From Fistulifera solaris (lineage: Eukaryota), in the NCBI GenBank assembly GCA_030295235.1, contig AP026172.1:62001-126000 (forward strand): a stretch of DNA of 64,000 nucleotides, written 5' to 3'. Under the pieces are notes generated by a model, which was not told the DNA's origin, made no database searches, and saw only the letters and a program-made list of their open reading frames with translations. The translations under genes and the position numbers were made by a program. Of the stretch, positions 46,352 to 56,585 are shown in pieces; position 1 is the stretch's first letter; every line of letters begins with the position of its first letter.

Positions 46352-48304
46352 ATGTCATCACAACGTCGTCGTGACCGAAATTCACCTCGTAACACGGATA
46401 ATATGGTGTTTGAAGCTTTCGATCCTTACGCCGCACCCATGACCATTTCCGTCGTGAACGATCCCCTCGAAGATGACGCCGCCGTAGCTCGTGCTTTACA
46501 GGCCGAATACGAAGCTGAATACCGACGCAGTCAAAGTGCGATGCGCAGTGATCATAGCGTCCCTTTGGGTCTCATTGTTTCGACTCTTCCGTATGAATCA
46601 TTGAGAGGATCGCAACCTTCGAGCAGTCGTCCGTCGGCTCGCGATACAGCCTTCCGGGGCGAAAGCGTACGACGAGTCCATGATCCTTCGTCTAGCTCGG
46701 CACGCGCAGTCGAGCGAAAGCAACAGGAACGAAGTCAGTCGAAAAGCCGTCGCTCGTCACAAGAACTGTCCGATGCGGAATACGCGCAGAAATTAGAACG
46801 AGAAATGTGTCAAGCCGGAAAAGAATCTCATTCATCGAAACAAGCCCAACGCCATTCCAGCAAAAGTCGTTCTTCACTACAAGACAAATCCGATGAAGAG
46901 TATGCTCGACGATTAGCACGGGAACTGAATAAGCCACATGTTCTTGCGCCCGCCACCGCAGCAGAAACTTTGAAACGATCTCAGACACCGGCGACATCTC
47001 GTTCGAATAGCGAAGATGACATTGCCATCGTAGAGGTTGCGATCATGACCGCCGATGATGAAGCGTATGCTCGTAGAGTCGAACAGGAATTAGCTGATGA
47101 ACGTCTAGCAGAAACTATCCGCAGGCAAGAACAGCAGCGGATGGATCGACAGCGCGCGAATACTTTGCAACAGCGACAACAGCAACCCACATCTCGCAAA
47201 TGCTGGTTTACACTCTTCCCAATATTATTGATTATCGGAGCTGTCGGAGGTATCTTGTACTTTTTCGTTTTTGGGGATGATGGGTTACCGAACTGGATGC
47301 CGTGAGTTTGTTTTCTGATTAGATTGTCTATCCTGTGTGTGTTCATGTCATGGTCTAACCTTTTTTTACTCTTTCTCTTCTCAGATCACCAGAAGAGTTT
47401 GCTGAGGAAGACCCTTTCGCTCAGAAAGGTCCTGATGAAGTCAATAAGTGGAGAACTTCTAACAGTGGTCTCGAGCTGGAGGTCATGAATGCTTTGGACG
47501 ATCTTTGGTTCCCTTACTTTTACACCGCTGTTTCCGAGTGGGACGAAGGCAGTCCCGACGCCGTGACACTCCGAACAACCCGAGTCGATGCGGACACCGA
47601 ATGCCGAACCGTTCCAGGGGTGCTCAAAGTTTGCAACGGCAACTACGGCGAAACATCATGGCGAGGAATCAACAAACTGTTGCTGGAAAATGATGACATT
47701 TATGCCAGCGCGGCACGTATGAATGAGTTTTATTTTCGTGGGGAGGATTCCGATCAGCGTCAATACACCATGTGTCATGAGATCGGACACGGTCTAGGGT
47801 TACCGTAAGTGCGAGCGAGGTTTTCCCTTGGCTATGATTTATGCTTTCCCGTTGCTAACATTTTTGTCGATCTTTCGTTGCAGACATACGGATGAAAGCT
47901 TCGTCAACAGAGATCTTGGCAACTGCATGGACTACACCAATCGTCCCGATGTCAATAAGCAACCCGATCGGAGCAACTATGTCTTTTTAGCGGAACTGTA
48001 CGGCACAGTGCCAGGCAGCCCGCCTTATACTCCCGATGTTGACACCGACGGAACTGTTGAAGCGGAAGCACAAGTCAACAGTGATTCTGAATCGGATCAC
48101 AACAGCGATGATCGCAGATTGCGTGGTACTTCTGGTCGTATTTTGCGTTTCATCGAGGGAGTCGATCAAGAGATCGAACGCGGTCTTTCAGCAATACGAT
48201 CACACAGTGATTGGACACTGTTGCACAGCTCCGCATACGGAGAAGCTCACGAAAAGATACTGGACGGTCAATTCAAAGTCCAAGTACACTTTCTTCTGGC
48301 TTGA
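46352..48304 (+). CDS. Type II membrane metzincin metallopeptidase; introns ~47302-47384 and ~47806-47883
   Basis: HEIGHGLGLP|H split by the intron; Met-turn GNCMDY; single TM; N-terminal DxxYARxL repeats. Confidence 0.85.
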
Positions 48305-48460
48305 GAGACTTTACTTTTTTGTTTTTGTTTCGGTCGCACTATTAGCCGAAGAATAAAGATACATAGATACAAAGTCGTATTTCTTGCTCTGCTGTAAAGG
48401 TAGCTGTACCATAAATGACATATTGATAACATGTTGTTTATGATTTTAGAATAATTACAT

Positions 48461-48781
48461 TTATTCATCGTCTTCGGCTGCCACAAACGGATTTGCAATT
48501 TCCTCCGCCCCCTCTTGTGGTGCAACGAGCGACACTTGCGTTCCCCGTATTACTGCTAGCCCCAACTTTCGCGAGCGATCCGTCGGCATTTGCGTCTCCG
48601 CATCTCTTATATACTCAATGCAATCTTCTAAAACTAGATTCACGAGATCATCGTAGCCTTTCAGCGTCCCTTTCAACTCCCTGCCCCCGAGACACTTGAC
48701 TTGCACGACTGTATCCATCATTTTGGCCAATTCGAGAATCGATTCTTTCCGGTGTGTCGTTTTTTCGGTGCTTGTACTCAT
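48461..48781 (-). CDS. LSM7: Sm-like protein LSm7
   Basis: KESILELAK, GGREL.GTLKGYD.LVNLVL, LGL..IRGTQV..VAP..GAEEIANPF. Confidence 0.95.
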   Translation of the reverse strand: MSTSTEKTTHRKESILELAKMMDTVVQVKCLGGRELKGTLKGYDDLVNLVLEDCIEYIRDAETQMPTDRSRKLGLAVIRGTQVSLVAPQEGAEEIANPFVAAEDDE

Positions 48782-48917
48782 ACTGTCTTGTTTGATTGAT
48801 GCTTGCTGAATTTTACTCTTTATTATGGTGTATTAAAGGAACAAAACGATTAATATTAAGACCATCGACCATTGTAATGCGAAATATTTTGGTTGCCGCC
48901 GGCGGCCGCTACCGGTC

Positions 48918-48946
48918 GTCTGTCTGTCTGTCTGTCTGTCTGTCTG
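48918..48946. repeat. (GTCT)7 microsatellite
   Basis: Direct reading, in the LSM7/nocturnin divergent intergenic region. Confidence 0.9.
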
Positions 48947-49177
48947 CCAATTTGTCATCAATTATCGAACCTCCATGAACAATCTGTGTACCTGTACGGT
49001 AGGCCAGATTACTTATTTTACGCTTAGACTTGCTGTGTCTCGGACCGGGTCCCCTTTTCGCAACGATGTTTTAGGAAAGAAAAAAATCTTTATCAAAATT
49101 TGGTCGATGCAGTGTCAGTTGTCAGTATCAAAAGCGAGCTGCATTCATATTATCATTCACTCGCTTCTAATTGATGA

Positions 49178-50683
49178 ATGATACGACAACAGAAACGTCC
49201 TAGCTTATGTATAGTTTTATGTATCATCATTTGGCTGCTTCCCACCATCGGCCATAGTTTCGCTCATCCTCGTCGTCGTTTCTTTGGCTTCTTTCGGTAT
49301 TATCGACCGTGGTCATTGGGTTTCTTTCTTTCCAATTTTCCTCAAGAAGAAGAAGACAAAGAAAGATTACAACAACAGCAGCAAGAATTTTTAAAACAGA
49401 CCCCTACCCCTTCACAGAATCCTATCACAATTCGATCGAACGCTTGTCACAACATGAACAGCTTCACTTCCTTCAAAGATCAATTCGGTCTTCCTGTTTG
49501 GCAGGATATATCCGAAAATCGATTCATTCGCATTGACTCTGAAGTAGCCTCTGATGATGGATTGACTACTAGGGAGCAAGTTTGGGAACAAATTTGTAAC
49601 GTCCGATCGATACAACAAAAGTACGGTCCCTCGAATCTTCTTTCTCGTACGTGGATTTTATCAATGCCATTGACTCCGTCAGCAGAAAACACATTCTCGG
49701 TGGCGCAATTTAACACACTGGCCGAAGGTTTGTCTGCAGGGCCCGATGTCCCGACACCTTTTCCTCCGTGCCTCAATCACGATACTCCAGCAAACAACAA
49801 CATCAACAGCAATAAGAATCAAGTCGAGATATTTGGAGGATTCACATCGATTCCTTACCCAGAGATAAGTTTGGATTTCGAACTACGGAAATGGCGTCTC
49901 TTGGAAGTTCTTCTGACTTCGGATCAGGCAGACGACGCCACATTCAAGCCGTGTGACCTTTTGGCCGTGGAAGAAATGGATCGATTTCATGGCTTCTTTG
50001 CTCCTATGTTACGTCTGTTTGGCTATCAAGGAGCCTTTTGTCCCAAGCGGCAATCCCCGGGCGTGAGTATGGGCTGGTACTCCGATGGCTGTGCCCTATT
50101 CTGGAACCGTCAAGTCTTTGAACTTGTCTCACAACGGCATCATGGATATTCTGTAGGAAATCAAGTGGCCTTGCATGTTGTACTGAGGTATCGAAGTAGT
50201 AATAGATTGCTGGTGGTCGTTGTGACGCATTTGAAAGCGAAATGCAATGCCACGAACGAAATGATACGCATGAAGCAACTACAAGAACTTTTGGTGCGAA
50301 TAGATGAGACAATACGGGACGTCCAATCAAAGGACCACGATTCCAATCAAACACCAGTTATTCTTCTGGGTGATTTTAATACGGATCCTCCGGCGACAGT
50401 CCCATCTCAGGACGCATCGTCGTTAAATCAGCTGATAACAGCATCAAATGGCTGTTTCCAGTCTCTTTATCCCTTGGAATCATCGACGCATTATACAACA
50501 TGGAAGACACGGGGATCGGATACAGTCAAGCGAGTCATTGATTACATTTTTTACCGGGGTCCTGTCAAACCAATAGCTGTCTTGCAAGTTCCTGAAGAAA
50601 CGGAACTGGAGCCGACCAAACTACCCGGACTACGCTATCCTTCCGATCACGTCCTCATCGCTGGTCGGTTTCATTTCTGTTGA
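49178..50683 (+). CDS. Nocturnin-like EEP phosphatase (CCR4 family) with N-terminal presequence
   Basis: QFNTLAEGLS, RKWRLLE, EEMD, DGCALFW, THLKA, GDFN, YTTWKTR, IDYIF, YPSDH. Confidence 0.88.
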   Translation: MIRQQKRPSLCIVLCIIIWLLPTIGHSFAHPRRRFFGFFRYYRPWSLGFFLSNFPQEEEDKERLQQQQQEFLKQTPTPSQNPITIRSNACHNMNSFTSFKDQFGLPVWQDISENRFIRIDSEVASDDGLTTREQVWEQICNVRSIQQKYGPSNLLSRTWILSMPLTPSAENTFSVAQFNTLAEGLSAGPDVPTPFPPCLNHDTPANNNINSNKNQVEIFGGFTSIPYPEISLDFELRKWRLLEVLLTSDQADDATFKPCDLLAVEEMDRFHGFFAPMLRLFGYQGAFCPKRQSPGVSMGWYSDGCALFWNRQVFELVSQRHHGYSVGNQVALHVVLRYRSSNRLLVVVVTHLKAKCNATNEMIRMKQLQELLVRIDETIRDVQSKDHDSNQTPVILLGDFNTDPPATVPSQDASSLNQLITASNGCFQSLYPLESSTHYTTWKTRGSDTVKRVIDYIFYRGPVKPIAVLQVPEETELEPTKLPGLRYPSDHVLIAGRFHFC

Positions 50684-50917
50684 AGCTTTCCTGTATATAA
50701 TATCAGTCTAGAAGTGTGTAGCTAAAAACGCATAGGTTTACTGCAGTTTAAGTCTTGTTGGTCGAAGAGCAAGACTGTAAAAATCCTTAGTAATCATAGA
50801 TATCTTGTCGGCGAAAGTACAGCCATTCTGTCTTTCCTACCGAACAAAATGAGTCTCTTCAAACTGTTGGCAAAGTCTGAGTTTTTCGCACGTTTATCAT
50901 CGATAATTCCTTCTTGA

Positions 50918-51202
50918 CTATAACTGAATGCCTCGCTTCTTCATTTCTGCTTTGGCTTCTTTGATTTCAGCCTCTAAATCCTTACTTGCGTTAGGTACAT
51001 CATTAAAACTCACTACTCCCACTATCAATACGGTTAGAAGATATAGTCCTACAGCCACAACGGCCCAGAAAGGCAGGAAATAAATCAACAACAACATGGT
51101 ATTGTTGTCTTCGTACTTGCTGCGCTTTTGCAGTGCCATGTACCAGATGGATAGCAGCGCAACAGCGTACCCGATGAATAGTTGATAACGCAGTAGAGCC
51201 AT
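50918..51202 (-). CDS. DPM3: Dolichol-phosphate mannosyltransferase subunit 3
   Basis: 94 aa, two TMs, LP.W....G.Y and SFNDVP.A..DL..EI.EAK..M..RG. Confidence 0.88.
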   Translation of the reverse strand: MALLRYQLFIGYAVALLSIWYMALQKRSKYEDNNTMLLLIYFLPFWAVVAVGLYLLTVLIVGVVSFNDVPNASKDLEAEIKEAKAEMKKRGIQL

Positions 51203-52133
51203 GGATATTTGTATGGAAAACGGAAAAGGAAGCAAACTATTGTTGGTCGAAGTGAATAATGTCGCTCGTTTTCCATCATTGCCTCGCACTCGCAATAATT
51301 TCGCGATGAGTCCGGAAAAATGCTCGTCGGTTCATGACCGAATGCAGTCGTGGTAAATATGATAATACACTTTGGCTTAATAGAAAATAAGGAGTTCATC
51401 GCTGGTTCATCGATCCACAAGAATTCCGACATCCTGCGTCAAAAAGACGCTGAAGGGTGCAAATACAAGTAATTATTTTGACATGAAGACAAGCAATGAA
51501 TCGAGGAAACGGGCGCGACATTGCAGTCTTGCTCGGAAAATGAATGATTATGAGTCACGGTTTATGGCTGAATAGCAAGGATAATTAACCAATTACCTTT
51601 TCTAGTAGTTTTACGCTCAAAGATAACTGTATGTAAGATGCGTATTGATTAGTAAATTATTTCTTCATGTTGTTACAACTCTGGAAGAGTAATAGAATCA
51701 TCATAATACAAGAGCTAAGGTTATTGCTGTTCGTAAAAACAGTGTGACAGTGGAAGGCATGTGACACATACCGTGAACCAACTTTGCTTGTGTATTTAGG
51801 GATTACGGCGATACACACCCCTCCTTTGTGTACTGACAGAAAGAAAGGCGATGATTATGATTATGGCTATTTAGACGATATCAAACCGTAACCGTTTCGA
51901 AGAGCTTAATCGATCTCGCGGACGAATGAAATTCATAGTAAATTCTTGCCTATCTCCGCAAGTACTATCACCTAAAGTGGTGAAGTGGACCTCCGATTTT
52001 GAAATTTTAGCCGATGAATCCAACGAATTGCGAACTGTCAACTTCCAAGCCAAGGAAATCGGTGACATGCTTGTCAATAGTCTCACCATTTTTATCAGAA
52101 GTAGCCCATTAAAACAAACAACAGCCACCAAGA

Positions 52134-53105
52134 ATGCAAGATCAATCACCTCTACTAAGCTTGCGAATGAAGTCTTCGGAATCGCAGTTAGTTCCATTCA
52201 AAGTTGACCAAGAAAGCTCGATGGATCAACTCGCCGTCATGATTTCTCAAGATCGAGAATACCGATGTCGAGACTATTTCGGACGACGAAGCGCTGCGAA
52301 ATCAATGCACACTCAATCACCGACTTCGACGCAGTTGGACTCAGTAGACGATACGCCTGACAGTATCTGTCGAGAGAAAATGGCCGAATGGAGCTATCGC
52401 GTTTGCGATCATTTTCACACCAAACGCGAAATCGTTGCGTACACCTTTTCCTATTTGGATCGTTTCGTGGATCGGTGTCACTGTGATCGAAAAGCGTTCA
52501 AATTGGCTGCCATGACGGCACTCTACATGTCTACTAAAATATTCAATCAGCAACAAATGTCACTGGGCAGCATATCGGAGTTGAGCCGAGGAGAGTTCGC
52601 GACTCATCATATTGCAGAGATGGAGAGTATAATCTTGCAAACACTCCAGTGGAAGATGAATCCTCCCACTGTACAAGCCTTTATTCGAGTGTTATTACCG
52701 GTGTTAGTCCAGGAAAGGAGTCCGCGCATTATCCAGAATTTGTGCAACCGCGCCATATTCTTTGCCGAATTGGCCGTATTCGATTACAGCTTAATTACCG
52801 AAGATCGTTACGTGTTGGCGATCGCGTGCATACTGAATGCGGTGGAAAGTATGGACGAGACTTTGTTACAACAATCCAGTTCTGCCCAGCTGTTGCTAAA
52901 CTTACAATCTTATCATTGCCTAGATCCCGATATGGAAGCACTGGGACATTGTCAGGGGCGTTTATGGATACTGTACGGTACTTCCGCTCAATTAAAAGAG
53001 GGCGACATCTTACCACTCCACATTCGAAAAGGGCTTGAAGTCGAATACTCGGGCTCATCGAAAGGGCACAGCGATCATTCACCCATTGGAGTTGGTCACT
53101 ATTGA
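52134..53105 (+). CDS. Cyclin (diatom-specific cyclin type)
   Basis: Cyclin box CREKMAEWSYRVCDHF...SYLDRF...LAAMTALYMSTK...MESIILQTLQWKMNPPT; start may be 52167. Confidence 0.9.
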   Translation: MQDQSPLLSLRMKSSESQLVPFKVDQESSMDQLAVMISQDREYRCRDYFGRRSAAKSMHTQSPTSTQLDSVDDTPDSICREKMAEWSYRVCDHFHTKREIVAYTFSYLDRFVDRCHCDRKAFKLAAMTALYMSTKIFNQQQMSLGSISELSRGEFATHHIAEMESIILQTLQWKMNPPTVQAFIRVLLPVLVQERSPRIIQNLCNRAIFFAELAVFDYSLITEDRYVLAIACILNAVESMDETLLQQSSSAQLLLNLQSYHCLDPDMEALGHCQGRLWILYGTSAQLKEGDILPLHIRKGLEVEYSGSSKGHSDHSPIGVGHY

Positions 53106-53670
53106 TATTCTGAATGAATAGAATAATCGTGTCATTTCTACTCAACGAAAGTCGAAAATCATAAACTCTAGATCTTTTTTGTGCCTATTTTTATCCGGAA
53201 CAGCAACACTCTAGAAAAGTGATTGGAAGAACCACGACACATCTACGGCATTTGCAAACAAACACAATTCATTGCAAGAGCAACGACAGGAACAACAGAG
53301 CAAACAATATCTAGAACTTTTTACTAATAATCGGCGGGACATAGCTGGGGCACGATTTGTTTTCCTCAATGGTGACGTGTGCCGAGGGTGGAGATTCATG
53401 CCACGCGTGATTGATCCGATCCTGTGAATCTGGGACAAAAATAATCCCTACATTTTGCAGCAGTACCTGATAACGGTAGTGATTTCTACGGTAGGCACTG
53501 TAATGGTAAAATGCGTGACGCAGCGACAGAGAAGGATTTTGTACAGTGTGCGCCCAATAAGACGCGAGGATCGCGTTTCGACTTTCGACCAGCAGCGATG
53601 CGCATTATTTATTTCTTGATGCTGCAAACAATAGTTTGTCAACTGTTGGTCTCTATTCCTCGTTTCAACC

Positions 53671-55434
53671 TTGAGAATGACAAAGAAAACAGACTTGTGG
53701 ACGTTTCCGTCTATTTTCGGCCTTGAAAAGTGTACTTATCGGTACATTGCGGCGGAATTTCATCCCTTTCACCAACACGAAGGAAATGTCTGTGCGCATC
53801 TCTTTACGACGAGTCTCGGTGTTTGGGGAGCCATTCAGTTGGCGCGTGTTCTCGGTTTTGCACTCTTACCCGTAGCGTACGGTATACTAGTCGCGGCCAC
53901 CACTCCGCTAATGACGGCCTTTCTGCACTCGCTCTTCCTTTACGGCGCGTTCCGTACCTCCGTACCGCTGGTGTTCGGAATGACATCCGAGTGGCAAGTC
54001 TGTCTTTTAGCGATTGCCGCAGGATATGGTTTACAGGATGTAGCGCATTGGGTGTTTCAAGAAAAGACGTATATGCAAAGTTATATGGGAGAAAAGAAAC
54101 CATGGATGCTGATCGTTCATTCGATTTGGTTGCTTCCGCTTGTGTTAGATAGTATGACCATGCGATACTGGTTTCTCCCCAAAATCGTTAGTCGGAATCG
54201 TATTATTGTAACACAGGTAGCCAGTCGTGAAGCAGTCGAAAATCTACGTAAATGGATTCACGAAAATGTCCCCGAGACACCCGAAACCACGCATGTTTGG
54301 CCGCACAAACAGGACGCCACTTCCCAAGCAACGGCAGCTTTGGAACATGATCCGGCCATTCTGGAAGGTTTCCGTCGTGTCTTTGCCGCGAAACACTTCG
54401 ATGTCTGCCCGGTGCAATCCATGAACGAGATTTATGTGACGGCCGTCGGAGCAAAGAAAGAAATCAATTCAGATGCGGTATTCTACACTCCGCACACCGA
54501 CGGGCCCTATTGGTTCTTGCCGGGCGCTTCCTTGTATCGGGTTTTGGTGGGAGTTACACCCAATCGCATGGTCCGCACTCGTTTTAACTTGCAGCATGAA
54601 TCACGCGACAAGGTAGTCGATATGTACGATGTCTTGGGCTTTGATTACAGTCGTGAGTTGCATTGGATCGACCACGTGCCTGGTGCGGTCAACGATGAGC
54701 GACGATCCTTATTGAAGCTTCATTTCATTGTTTATCCGAAAGGATGGCACTGGTACGGAGATTTATGTGCTTCTCTGCAAACGAACTACAATACTTGGGC
54801 TCGCAACAACTTTTTGCGCACACTTCGTCCCGAAGGTTGGTACGAATTTGGCTTGGCTTGGTGGATTTGGTTGACGACTTGGACCAATGCGATCTTTGAA
54901 GAACACGTCGGTTGGAGTAACCTTGTGTATTTGCTGGCTAGCTACGCGATGGGAGCGACTCCTTTCTTGATTCTGACTTCATTCCGTCACTATGTCGTCT
55001 ACATTACGACTTTTGCGTTCCGTGAGCCAGATGTTGGCCATGGGTACCTGATGCGTGACGCCAAATTGTACAAAACCGTCAGCATGATGCATATTGCTCG
55101 TCGAATCTTGCCGCTTGTCGCAATGCAGAACGATTGGCCGGCCGTTCTGTTGGCTTTTGCTGGATTCGGCACGACCTTGGCAGCGACCGCCCGCTTGGGA
55201 ATGGTCCGTACGTACTTTGGTACCGAGCTTGGTTTGGTGAAACCTATGTGGATTTCTGGATTCCCCTATGGATATATTCCGCATCCCATGATTGTGGGAC
55301 AGATCTTTGCATTCTATGTTATTTTAGGATGGTTTTGGCCGAGACTCACTCAAGAAGATATTGCTTTGTTAGTCACTCACATGGGCTTTTATACCGCACA
55401 CATGCTTCAAGAGATGTTCACCGGTAGCTATTGA
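53671..55434 (+). CDS. Multidomain membrane enzyme: Mpo1/DUF962-like + HxD..H Fe-oxygenase-like + phospholipid methyltransferase (PEMT)-like
   Basis: FHPFHQHEGNVCAH...LQDVAHWVFQE; SDAVFYTPHTDGP...FDYSRELHWI...R..LKLH; LGMVRTYFGTELG...GFPYGYIPHPMIVG. The true start may be 53598 via a 1-bp shift. Confidence 0.75.
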   Translation: MRMTKKTDLWTFPSIFGLEKCTYRYIAAEFHPFHQHEGNVCAHLFTTSLGVWGAIQLARVLGFALLPVAYGILVAATTPLMTAFLHSLFLYGAFRTSVPLVFGMTSEWQVCLLAIAAGYGLQDVAHWVFQEKTYMQSYMGEKKPWMLIVHSIWLLPLVLDSMTMRYWFLPKIVSRNRIIVTQVASREAVENLRKWIHENVPETPETTHVWPHKQDATSQATAALEHDPAILEGFRRVFAAKHFDVCPVQSMNEIYVTAVGAKKEINSDAVFYTPHTDGPYWFLPGASLYRVLVGVTPNRMVRTRFNLQHESRDKVVDMYDVLGFDYSRELHWIDHVPGAVNDERRSLLKLHFIVYPKGWHWYGDLCASLQTNYNTWARNNFLRTLRPEGWYEFGLAWWIWLTTWTNAIFEEHVGWSNLVYLLASYAMGATPFLILTSFRHYVVYITTFAFREPDVGHGYLMRDAKLYKTVSMMHIARRILPLVAMQNDWPAVLLAFAGFGTTLAATARLGMVRTYFGTELGLVKPMWISGFPYGYIPHPMIVGQIFAFYVILGWFWPRLTQEDIALLVTHMGFYTAHMLQEMFTGSY

Positions 55435-55833
55435 AAATACAATAACACTTGGTTTTAGAATAATGATGTACAGTAGTCATTTACCTGGCTCAAGATACAC
55501 AGTGGGATCAAATGTTGATTCACGACCTTCGATCCTAGTCAATCGACTAATGAATTGTTGACCTGTTATAAAGAGTGCAGCACTATGCTTTGGCGAAGTG
55601 GAATTTTTTCGCGCTCATACACTTGTCGGTCATGGTACTTAGCTAAACACTAAACTATCATATTTTTCAAGTTAAAGCTATCGTGACAGATGAACGGCTC
55701 TCTGCCCTCCTGTGACACCATCCCACCGCTCATGCAAGGCCGCTTGATCGAAAAATAGTGCCTTAACGAACAAGGATTTTTACTAAGGTTAGAGAGCGTC
55801 GGGTGTCGCATTTCGCATTTGTTCGTACCCCTG

Positions 55834-55924
55834 GTACGGGAAAGGACGTTAAAATTTCTGCCTTTAGTACAAGATTCTACGTAGCATCCACGACGAGGCA
55901 GAATTTTAACGCCGTTTCGGGTAC
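55834..55924. repeat. Hairpin (MITE-like) element, copy 2
   Basis: GTACGGGAAAGGACGTTAAAATTTCTGCCT...AGGCAGAATTTTAACGCCGTTTCGGGTAC; homologous to 9131-9215; followed by GGTACC-type repeats. Confidence 0.7.
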
Positions 55925-56585
55925 AGTACCGGTACCGGTACCTGGTACCGGTATCTGGTATCCCTAGTTTTCTGCAACACGTACGACGAACGACGAACTT
56001 TTTAGTGGACAAACGAGATGTCAAACCCAATCTCATTGGTCAAAAACACTCGGAGTATCAACTTCACCCCAGTGACAAGCTAAAAAAAATCAATAACACA
56101 AATACTTTTGTGTAGAGAGTTCATCCACGTCTGTCCATTGTCCGCCGTTGATGATTCTTGTCGGTTCGTTTGTCCAGTATGTATTTTGGTGTACGTCACC
56201 AAGAAACAAGTTCTCAAACCAAAAGCGAAGACTAGAATTTGGCGACGTGAACGAGTTCCTAATATCGTCATAAGTTGTAGTTTCCACTTTACTTGATGAA
56301 GGAGTCACGCTTGCAACTTTTCTACTAATTCCTTTTGACTCTTGCTTAGGAAGTAGAACAGACTCGTCTTCATCCCTTACAAAAATACACGTCGAAGTTT
56401 TGCAACACCACGAGATCGAAACGCCACACGGAGGCCACCTCCACCTCGATTGGAGGAAAAATCTTCCGACTTTTCGCTCGTCCCCCATCGATTTCACTTT
56501 TTGTATCCTCGGCTCTCAAACGGTTCAATTATCGTCGATCAAATATCTGGCTCGATATTCAACTATTTAAGCTTTTAAACAAAAA

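Noticed and set aside
48461..50683. LSm7 + CCR4-family gene as an mRNA-decay cluster
   Set aside because: The EEP protein is nocturnin-like with a targeting presequence, so adjacency is probably coincidental.
55921..55962. GGTACC/GTAC-rich run (also at ~44095-44130) as a special element
   Set aside because: Low-complexity intergenic sequence with no defined unit or boundary.
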